Assembly: GCA_028282505.1 (NCBI GenBank)
Contig: JANQHV010000411.1
Location: 1-56,252, forward strand
Source of the DNA: SAR324 cluster bacterium
Lineage (GTDB): Bacteria; SAR324; NAC60-12
DNA length: 56,252 nucleotides
Reading direction: 5' to 3'
Part shown: in pieces, positions 18,923 through 27,061 of the stretch
Layout: every line of letters begins with the position of its first letter
Numbering within the stretch: position 1 is the first letter of the stretch
Notes under the pieces: model-generated
Database searches by the model: none
What the model was told of the DNA's origin: nothing
What the model saw: the letters and a program-made list of their open reading frames with translations, nothing else
Translations under genes and position numbers: made by a program

Positions 18923-18924
18923 AA

Positions 18925-19341
<417 letters not shown>

Positions 19342-19343
19342 CT

Positions 19344-20303
19344 ATGGATCAGTATGAACTAGAAGAAATCATAAGCCAATACCGAGTTTACTTGCAAGTT
19401 GAAAAAGGGCTCCAACCTGGCACATATACGGTTTATCTGAGTGCAGTCCAATACTTTGTTTCATTTTGCAAAAAACACTACGAACAATTGTTTTTGCCAG
19501 AAAATTGGCAACTTTCTGATCTTGGTACTCGCGAATTAGAGTTTTTTCTCAGAGAGCACCTCAAAGTCAGGAACTGGAAGACAAATACCGTCATCTCTTA
19601 CCTCAATAGCATTCGCTCATTCTTTCGGTTTCTGCATGAAAAAAAAATGATCCAAAAGAATCCAATTCGCCATTTTACCATGAAGCAGCAAATGCAGGAA
19701 TTGATTTTTTCTAATATCAGTGAAGAGGAGATCCAGCAATTGTTTCAAAAAACCCTTGAACCGACATTTGAAGGCTATCGGAACCGGTTGTTACTGGAAA
19801 TGTTTTATGGTTTAGGCATCACGCCTTCGAAGTTGGTGAAAATTGATCATGTTGAATTAGATAAAGAGAATGGGACTGTCAAAATCACTTCTGGAAAACA
19901 GACCAGGAAATTGCCCATTGCTCCACCTGCAGCTGAGGTTTTGCGACATTATCTGTTAGAGCGAAACGTTATTCTTGAGCAAACGCAGCAGCAAACTTCT
20001 GCTTTCCTGATCAATCATGCCGGTAAAAAACTGACAAGGAAAAAAGTTGGAGAGATTCTCAAACAAGAATTAGAGAGTATTGGATTGATTGGAGAACGTA
20101 TTCATATTCTTAGAAATCTTTCTACAAAACACTTTGCTGATCATGGTGCTGATGTCAGATCGTTGCAGATGCACAGAGACATGAAAAGAATTTCCACTTT
20201 GGAGGCTTTCAAGAATGAAACGTTTGATACGGTATTGGAACAATTTAAAAAATTACATATCCGAGAACATTCACCCCAGGAGAATGATCCTGATTATCAA
20301 TGA
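19344..20303 (+). CDS. Xer-like tyrosine-recombinase-fold protein with non-canonical active-site residues
   Basis: SAM-like N-domain, then RNRLLLEMFYGLGITPSKL / HILRNLSTKHF / MHRDMKRISTLEAF, aligned by eye to XerD ATGLRVSEL / HVLRHAFATHL / LGHSDLSTTQIYTHV. I used the internal ATG MDQYEL as the start. Confidence 0.6.
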   Translation: MDQYELEEIISQYRVYLQVEKGLQPGTYTVYLSAVQYFVSFCKKHYEQLFLPENWQLSDLGTRELEFFLREHLKVRNWKTNTVISYLNSIRSFFRFLHEKKMIQKNPIRHFTMKQQMQELIFSNISEEEIQQLFQKTLEPTFEGYRNRLLLEMFYGLGITPSKLVKIDHVELDKENGTVKITSGKQTRKLPIAPPAAEVLRHYLLERNVILEQTQQQTSAFLINHAGKKLTRKKVGEILKQELESIGLIGERIHILRNLSTKHFADHGADVRSLQMHRDMKRISTLEAFKNETFDTVLEQFKKLHIREHSPQENDPDYQ

Positions 20304-20995
20304 TCAAACAAACTGGTCTCCCATCCATCATCCGAATCTCCATATCCATTGATCAATAATTCAACCAAAGTGGGTAACACGGCCTGGGCTTTGGCATTTA
20401 AATCCATCAAAGACCCTCCTGTGGATAATTGGTTTCTCCGTTTCAGCATCTCTTGTAAAGATTGATAAATTTTGACAAGATACAACACATCACTGGCAGC
20501 ATACTTCAATTGCTTAGAACTTAAGTCGGAGCGTGACCAGTCTGTTTGTTGCTGCTGTTTTTCTATATTGATACCCAATAATTCTGCACAAAGATCTTTA
20601 AGGCCATGGGAATTCGTGTAAGTACGGATCAATTTACTCATTACTTTGGTACAACAAAATGGAGCAACATCGATCTTGAGAGATGTCTTGAAGAAGGCTA
20701 CATCTGTGAGGGCAAAATGGAATATTTTCAGAACTTGAGAAGCTTCCAATAGTTTTTTCAGATTGGGTGGGGGCGTCTCAGACTCAGGCTTCACGAGACA
20801 AACCGTAGATTGATCATCACACAATTGTACCAGGCAAATCTCATCCCGAAACAGACGTAGACCATGGAGCTCTGTATCGATTGCCATGATTTCTTGTTTC
20901 ATATAATGAGACATTAATTCATCAGGGATATCTGGTAGTGTTTTGTATTCTGTTGCATCAGACATAATAATTCTCAGGTGATTGTTGAATAACAT
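20297..20995 (-). CDS. DEDDy 3'-5' exonuclease, RNase D-like
   Basis: Exo motifs AIDTE, HFALTDVAFF and YAASDVLYL. An alternative start MSDATEY lies at 20965. Confidence 0.7.
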   Translation of the reverse strand: MLFNNHLRIIMSDATEYKTLPDIPDELMSHYMKQEIMAIDTELHGLRLFRDEICLVQLCDDQSTVCLVKPESETPPPNLKKLLEASQVLKIFHFALTDVAFFKTSLKIDVAPFCCTKVMSKLIRTYTNSHGLKDLCAELLGINIEKQQQQTDWSRSDLSSKQLKYAASDVLYLVKIYQSLQEMLKRRNQLSTGGSLMDLNAKAQAVLPTLVELLINGYGDSDDGWETSLFDH

Positions 20996-21054
20996 CTATT
21001 GACTGTTCTTTACTTCTCTCATGGTGAAATGTCAACTTTCTCAATCGTTTTCTA

Positions 21055-22389
21055 TTACATTGGTAGAGAAGCAGGAGGTAGGCCAAATTCGAGAAAGTTT
21101 TCACAGCGTTCAATATAAATCTGAATTATTTTGTCTGTTGGATTTTTTGCCAAGCATTTCTGAAACAAAGGTAAGGCATCAAAATAATTCTGAGATTGGT
21201 ATAAAAGCCAGCCTTGTTCGAAAATATCTTTGGTTGCCAGTTTTTTATCTCGAATTTCAGGAGGATCTTTATCAAATACCTCATAGATCAACATTGGAAG
21301 TGATTTTCCTTTGACCTGGACATAGTCCATAATGCGGATCGAATGCTCCAAAGGATTTTTTAACTTTAAGAAGGTTTCGTTACCAATTAATAATTGTGTA
21401 TCATACACCCGATTCAATTGTTCAATGCGGGCAGTGACATTGACGGCATCACTGATTACTGTACTTTCCATCCGTTCTGCGCTTCCCAATGTCCCGAGCA
21501 TCAGATCCCCCGTATTGATCCCAATACCAATTTTGATAGGGACATAACCTGCTCGTTGTCGGCCTTCATTGTACTGCAGCAAAAGATCCTGCATTTCGAG
21601 AGCGGTCTGAAGTGCATCTTCAGGCTCTTTATCAAATAGCGCCATGATGGAATCACCAATGTATTTATCCACAAAACCATTATTTTTTCTCACAATTGGG
21701 GCCATTTGCCGGAGATAGGAATTTAAAAAATTAAAATTTTCCTGGGCAGACAGTTTTCCGGAAAGAACTCCGAACGTCGAAATATCAGAAAAAAAGATGG
21801 TCATGTTTTTTTGAATATGGTCTCCCAGCTTGATATCTAAGATGCTTTCTTTATCAAGTAATTTTAAAAACTCATGGGGAACAAATTTGCCATAGATGTC
21901 TGTCAGCTCTTTTTGGTGTTCTAATGTCTTTTGCAATAAATGCTCTTTTTCAGCAAGCAACCGTAGGTATTCTTTGTGTTCTCTGACAGCGAGGTAGGTT
22001 TTTTCAATGGTAATTTTTAAGTCTTCTATATCAACCGGTTTAATCAGAAAATCATGGGCTCCTCGGTTCATGGAACCTCGAATTTTCTCCATATCCCCAT
22101 AAGCTGAGATAACAACCGTTTTGATAGTAGGATGTAATTGCTGTATTTTCTCCAACAAGGTGATGCCATCCATCTGTGGCATGTTAATATCGGTCAGGAC
22201 AATATCAGTGTCTGGAGCATCTGCTAACTTTTCTAAAGCTTCCACACCATTCAGAGCAAATTCAAATGACAGTTCCTTTGCTTTAATTTGTTGCCTGAAT
22301 TGCATTTGAATGAGATCGGATACCGTTGATTCATCATCAACAACTAAGATTTTTGGGCCCATTTTCGCACCATTCTCCATCACCACCAT
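21055..22389 (-). CDS. Response-regulator receiver fused to a class III adenylate/guanylate cyclase with a TPR-like tail
   Basis: KILVVDDEST..VLTDINMPQMDG (REC). MTIFFSDISTFG...KYIGDSIMALF...GINTGDLMLG..ISDAVNVTARIE (cyclase). The likely true start is MGPKIL at 22362. Confidence 0.85.
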   Translation of the reverse strand: MVVMENGAKMGPKILVVDDESTVSDLIQMQFRQQIKAKELSFEFALNGVEALEKLADAPDTDIVLTDINMPQMDGITLLEKIQQLHPTIKTVVISAYGDMEKIRGSMNRGAHDFLIKPVDIEDLKITIEKTYLAVREHKEYLRLLAEKEHLLQKTLEHQKELTDIYGKFVPHEFLKLLDKESILDIKLGDHIQKNMTIFFSDISTFGVLSGKLSAQENFNFLNSYLRQMAPIVRKNNGFVDKYIGDSIMALFDKEPEDALQTALEMQDLLLQYNEGRQRAGYVPIKIGIGINTGDLMLGTLGSAERMESTVISDAVNVTARIEQLNRVYDTQLLIGNETFLKLKNPLEHSIRIMDYVQVKGKSLPMLIYEVFDKDPPEIRDKKLATKDIFEQGWLLYQSQNYFDALPLFQKCLAKNPTDKIIQIYIERCENFLEFGLPPASLPM

Positions 22390-22518
22390 TCAACATTCCG
22401 CTACAAATTGACAGAATGATGAAAGAAGATTCTCCTTAACTGGTAATTCTTAATTTTGCAACAGCGACTAATTAGCGTAGGGTTTACTGAGGAGAGTGTC
22501 AAGAGAAGAGATAGATCT

Positions 22519-22923
22519 TTATTTTGGCCATTGTGATCGTTCTGTGTGGATGACTTGTAACGAAATTCCTTTCTGTCCTTGCAAATGAGTTCTCAGCAGC
22601 TCTGCTTGATACACAGAACGGTGCTGACCTCCTGTACATCCAAATGAAACCATCAAGTTGGTAAATTGTCTTTCCAGATAGTTAGCAACGGTTAGCTGGA
22701 CAAGAGAGTGACAAGAGTCCGCAAAGGCTTGTACGACAGGAAATTTCTTTAAATACTCTTGGACTGGAGCATCCAACCCAGTCACTGACTGATAGATTTC
22801 TTCTCTTCCAGGGTTTGGTAAACCCCGGCAATCAAAGACAAATCCTCCCCCGTTCTCTGATGAATCCGCAGGGATTCCAGAGCGTCGGTAACCAAAACTA
22901 TAAATACGAATAGCAAGTGTCAT
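22519..22923 (-). CDS. Stand-alone RapZ C-terminal-domain protein
   Basis: IYSFGYRRSGIPAD..FVFDCRGLPNPGRE...VTGLDAPVQEYL...VSFGCTGGQHRSVY aligns by eye with the C-terminal half of E. coli RapZ. No P-loop N-domain is present, and pheS ends 14 nt upstream. Confidence 0.7.
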   Translation of the reverse strand: MTLAIRIYSFGYRRSGIPADSSENGGGFVFDCRGLPNPGREEIYQSVTGLDAPVQEYLKKFPVVQAFADSCHSLVQLTVANYLERQFTNLMVSFGCTGGQHRSVYQAELLRTHLQGQKGISLQVIHTERSQWPK

Positions 22924-22937
22924 GAAATAGATAATGT

Positions 22938-23960
22938 TTAAAATTGTTGGAGGAAATCCAGATCATTGCTATAAAAACTGCGAATATCATTAATCCCATG
23001 CTTCAACATAGCCGGTCTTTCGACTCCCAGACCAAAAGCAAAACCACTCCATTCGTCTGGATCATAACCTCCATTTTTCAAAACAACAGGATGAACCATA
23101 CCTGCTCCACCCACTTCCAGCCAGCCTGTATGTTTACATACCCGGCATCCGTTACCCTTACACAAGATACAATCCATATCAATTTCAATGCTGGGTTCTG
23201 TGAATGGAAAATAGCTCCCACGAATTCGGATTTTTCGGGTCGAGCCATACAGTTTATGGGCAAACTCGGCCATCACTCCGATCAGATCCGTCATTTTGAT
23301 ATTATGTCCAACTGCGAGACCTTCCACCTGGTAAAATTGATGTTCGGAGCGTGGTGTGATTTGTTCATAACGGTAGACTTTCCCTGGTAAAATAACCCGG
23401 ATTGGTTTGGGATAATACTCCTTCATTGCTCGAATTTGCCCAGGAGACGTGTGAGTGCGTAAGACAACCTGGTCATTAATCCAAAAAGTATCCCACATGT
23501 CGCGAGCGGGATGATAGGCCGGGATGTTCAGCAGTTGAAAATTGTACTCGTCGCTTTCGACTTCGGGTGCATCATACACTTGAAATCCCATTTGGCTGAA
23601 AATTTCATTGATTCTCCGTAACATTTGTGTGCTGATGTGTAGCCGTCCACGGTGGTAACGACGGCCTGGCAGAGAAATATCAATCTCATCGGATTCTAAT
23701 GCTTGATTCAACTTCGCTTCCTGCAAATTTTCCTGATACGCATCAAAATGTTCTTTCAAAGCTTGCTTGACTTCATTGGCCGCCTTGCCAACCGCAGGCC
23801 GTTCTTCAGCAGAAAGTTGACCCAATTGTTTCAGAAACTGGGTCAGTTCTCCTTTTTTAGAAAGATATTGGCGGTGCCATTCAGGGAGTTGGGTGACTTC
23901 TGTTAATTCATTTAATTCGCAAAGTGCTTTTTCTTTTAATGTATTCAGTTGATCTAACAT
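22938..23960 (-). CDS. pheS: Phenylalanine--tRNA ligase alpha subunit
   Basis: 340 aa. ..YLSKKGELT..ERPAVGKAANE.., HPARDMWDTF, class II motifs ..FRYEQITPRSEHQFYQVEG.. and ..GAGMVHP..GFAFGLGVER... Confidence 0.95.
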   Translation of the reverse strand: MLDQLNTLKEKALCELNELTEVTQLPEWHRQYLSKKGELTQFLKQLGQLSAEERPAVGKAANEVKQALKEHFDAYQENLQEAKLNQALESDEIDISLPGRRYHRGRLHISTQMLRRINEIFSQMGFQVYDAPEVESDEYNFQLLNIPAYHPARDMWDTFWINDQVVLRTHTSPGQIRAMKEYYPKPIRVILPGKVYRYEQITPRSEHQFYQVEGLAVGHNIKMTDLIGVMAEFAHKLYGSTRKIRIRGSYFPFTEPSIEIDMDCILCKGNGCRVCKHTGWLEVGGAGMVHPVVLKNGGYDPDEWSGFAFGLGVERPAMLKHGINDIRSFYSNDLDFLQQF

Positions 23961-24123
23961 AATTTCATTCTATTCAAGGGCAATCTTCAGACAATAATGA
24001 ATTTGAATCTCTTTGATCCTGGTTTTGTCAGTGTCCTATAAAGTTGTGTACCAAAATATTATTTCGAGAACTGTATTTCATATTTGGTAAAAACTCAAAC
24101 TTCTATGCAGGTGGTTTACAAGG

Positions 24124-25290
24124 TTATTCTGCTTGAATGGCATTTCGAAAGCCTTCAACATCATCCAGAAAGCGTTCGACACGTCTACAAAACTGGATGA
24201 AAGAGATTTTGCGGTTACTTTGTTCTGCCAGTACTTTCGGGGTAGAGGATTCTGAAATGAATTGATGTGGATCGATTCCTTGTTCTCTCAACCAGCCCAG
24301 CCAGTCATTGAATTTTTTATACATTTCCTGGGAAGGGGGTTGGAAAGGTTCGCTTGAAAAAGTATCCCTGGATGAGACTTCAGGCAAATGGTGCTGTGGT
24401 GTCGGAATTTCCTTTTCTTTTGGCGATTCCCCAGAGCTTTTCTGTTTGCTCACTGCCTTTGGATAAAACCCATTGGCATACATGTCTGCAAATTTTTGCA
24501 GAGTTGCTCGAAACAGTTTTTTATTGTCTACTTTCCTTTCCATGCGATGTCCAAATTGCTGGAAAGAAATGCGTCGCTTGCTGTTTGTCTGAATGGCTGA
24601 AGTCGTGAACTCCTGTAGATTCATTCCATTTTGTGCAAATTGTTCACACCAGTCATTAAATGAAAGGTATATGTCGCTCAGCTTTTTGAGAGACGATTCT
24701 TCCAGGGAGGTTTGTTTGGCATGGGGCGGTTCATTTTTTGAAAGTGAAGCAACCAGTTGATTGGTGGTAGACAATTGATGAGCGGCTAATTCTTTTTCCA
24801 AATGTTGGTGTTTGGGTATGGCTGCTTTTTTTAAATTACCAGCAGGGGTTAAAGAAGAAGCTTTTCCTGCCGTTGTTTGGGCACTGAGAATGGCCTGAGC
24901 ATTGGCATTGGTACGACTTTCCAAATGTATCACCTGTTGTTGTAATTTTTTCAAATCACTGGAAAGTTGGAAGACTTGTTCCCTTAAAGAATTTTGACTG
25001 CTTTCAGAAGAAAAATTTGTAGGCAGGACAATAATGTTTTGCTCATGTAACCAACGGGGAGTTGTTAGTTTTTTAAGCCATTCCGGATGGTTGTCTAAAC
25101 TGTCTTCACACAAACTGAGGAAGAGTTGGTAATTGATTTTTTCACTTGGAACAATTTTTGTTTTTGGTACTAAGGGGATGGATAATCCAGCATCCTGGAG
25201 CCATTTTTTCCACTGGTCCCAACTTTTTTTTGTTTCTAAATTTTGCCAATGTTCTGGCAACTGATCTTCCAGTATGCCAACTGCCTTCAT
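24124..25290 (-). CDS. Hypothetical protein with three copies of a ~55-aa FNDW...KISFxQF module
   Basis: Repeats: SWDQWKKWLQDAGL.., LSFNDWCEQFAQNGMNLQEF..RRISFQQFGHRMER.., KKFNDWLGWLREQGIDPHQF..RKISFIQFCRRVER... The start overlaps the lpxA stop (TAATG). Confidence 0.5.
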   Translation of the reverse strand: MKAVGILEDQLPEHWQNLETKKSWDQWKKWLQDAGLSIPLVPKTKIVPSEKINYQLFLSLCEDSLDNHPEWLKKLTTPRWLHEQNIIVLPTNFSSESSQNSLREQVFQLSSDLKKLQQQVIHLESRTNANAQAILSAQTTAGKASSLTPAGNLKKAAIPKHQHLEKELAAHQLSTTNQLVASLSKNEPPHAKQTSLEESSLKKLSDIYLSFNDWCEQFAQNGMNLQEFTTSAIQTNSKRRISFQQFGHRMERKVDNKKLFRATLQKFADMYANGFYPKAVSKQKSSGESPKEKEIPTPQHHLPEVSSRDTFSSEPFQPPSQEMYKKFNDWLGWLREQGIDPHQFISESSTPKVLAEQSNRKISFIQFCRRVERFLDDVEGFRNAIQAE

Positions 25291-26066
25291 TATTTTTTCA
25301 CTCCTCCCTCAACTGAACGAGCAAAATCAATGAAAAGCCGAATTTCTTCAAAATGGCCATATTGTTCTTCAATGGTACGCAACGCATCTTTTTCATTCAT
25401 TTCAGAGCGGAAAAAAATACGGTGGACATCCAGGATGTTATTAATGGCATCCCTGGAATATCCCTGGCGTTTCAATCCTACAATATTGATCCCTTTGATC
25501 TGTACTCGGTTTCCGTAGCCAGTTGTATAGGGAGCAATATGCTTATCGACCATCGTTCCTGCACCAAAGTAACTGTAGGACCCGATGCGAACAAATTGGG
25601 TGACTCCATTTTGTCCACCCAATGTCACATGATCGTCCAGAATCACATGACCACTCAGCCCAGTATAATTTGGCAAAATATTGTGATTGCCGATTTGACA
25701 GTCGTGGGCAACGTGAACGTATCCCATGAATAAATTATTGTTTCCAATGCGCGTTTCCCCGTGACCCACCGCAGTCCCTCGATGTATTGAGACACCTTCT
25801 CGAAATGTGTTTTGATCACCAATCGTCAATAAAGAATCTTCCTGTTTGTATTTCAAGTCCTGGGGTTCAGAACCAATAGTCGCAAATTGGAAAAAAGCAT
25901 TTTGCTTGCCGATGGTGGTGTTTCCTTCTATGACGACATGAGAACGTACAAGGCATTCGTCATCTAACGTAACCTGGGGACCGATGATGCTATATGGTCC
26001 AATTTCTACATTGTTTCCAATTTCGGCACCTTTTTCAATAATTGCTGTTGGGTGTATCTTGTTCAT
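25290..26066 (-). CDS. lpxA: Acyl-ACP--UDP-N-acetylglucosamine O-acyltransferase
   Basis: Left-handed beta-helix hexapeptide repeats from IHPTAIIEKGAEIGNNVEIGP.., and a helical C-domain ..GINIVGLKRQGYSRDAINNILDVHRIFF... Confidence 0.9.
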   Translation of the reverse strand: MNKIHPTAIIEKGAEIGNNVEIGPYSIIGPQVTLDDECLVRSHVVIEGNTTIGKQNAFFQFATIGSEPQDLKYKQEDSLLTIGDQNTFREGVSIHRGTAVGHGETRIGNNNLFMGYVHVAHDCQIGNHNILPNYTGLSGHVILDDHVTLGGQNGVTQFVRIGSYSYFGAGTMVDKHIAPYTTGYGNRVQIKGINIVGLKRQGYSRDAINNILDVHRIFFRSEMNEKDALRTIEEQYGHFEEIRLFIDFARSVEGGVKK

Positions 26067-26097
26067 AATCTTAACAATATTTTGTAATTTAAAATCA

Positions 26098-26127
26098 TTG
26101 ACTCCTGGAGCCTTGAAACATTATAGT
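26098..26127 (+). promoter_or_regulatory. Sigma70-like promoter candidate
   Basis: TTGACT (26098-26103), an 18-nt spacer, then TATAGT (26122-26127). An 8-bp-arm palindrome gacaatct-N5-agattgtc follows at 26147-26167. Confidence 0.35.
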
Positions 26128-26350
26128 GACACATTCCTGGTGCGTTGACAATCTTCTCCAGATTGTCTCCAAAGTAGTTTAAAATACGGGAAAGTCAAGA
26201 GCATCCTGGACTTTTTCTTGAGTTCTCAACAAAAAATGAATAACTCGGTTTACGATTTGCATTTCTTGAATGACACTCCCATGTATTTTCAGAAGTGACA
26301 GGAAGGTTCATTATCGATCCTGGCCTAAATGATGAGTCTATAGAGGGTAT

Positions 26351-27025
26351 ATGAAATTAATGATTTACCAGATAATTTTTGTAGTATTTTTCTTTTTTAC
26401 CTCCAATGTGTATGCGGCTAAAATTCATCTCAACAGTGGAGAGTCGCTCAGTGGAAAAATCCAGGGAATGGATGACCAGACTTTGTCGCTTGAGTCAGAT
26501 CGTGGTTTTGGAGTCCTGCAGATTGATAAGGCCGACATGCGTTTGATCGAGTTTGATGGCAATCAACGTGATCTCTCTCGTAAATTTGGGTTAGGATATT
26601 ACCAAAGAGGACCCGTTGCCCAGGAATTCAGTATTGGGGCTGCATCTCTCAAATATTGGCTGAATTCAACAGATGCTGTTGATATGCTGGTGGGTTATGG
26701 TGGTACTGTTGAAGGGGGAGATAAGCTGGAAGAAATTTTTAACTTGGAAGTGCGCTTCAGCCGGGTGGTACTGCAGGAAGGCAACCATGACTTGTACTGG
26801 GGAGGAGGCTTAGGCTTTATCAGTGTGACCGATGAAGAAACCAAGACCGACGATACAGGGATTACGTTGCGTGGATTGTTGGGAGTCGAATTTTTCTTTG
26901 TCAGTTTCCCCAATCTGGGTATATCTGCTGAATTGGGAGTGAGCAATCAAACAGTGGGAGGCCGTACTACGATGGGAATCTTCAGTTCCGGCTTTCCCAC
27001 CATGGCTGTACGGTATTATTTCTAA
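26351..27025 (+). CDS. Small outer-membrane beta-barrel protein
   Basis: Signal peptide ..FFFFTSNVYA. Alternating beta-strand pattern, with a terminal aromatic ..MAVRYYF typical of OMP C-termini. Confidence 0.55.
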   Translation: MKLMIYQIIFVVFFFFTSNVYAAKIHLNSGESLSGKIQGMDDQTLSLESDRGFGVLQIDKADMRLIEFDGNQRDLSRKFGLGYYQRGPVAQEFSIGAASLKYWLNSTDAVDMLVGYGGTVEGGDKLEEIFNLEVRFSRVVLQEGNHDLYWGGGLGFISVTDEETKTDDTGITLRGLLGVEFFFVSFPNLGISAELGVSNQTVGGRTTMGIFSSGFPTMAVRYYF

Positions 27026-27061
27026 TTATAACAGCCATCTTCTTATATTTCGCAACAGAGA

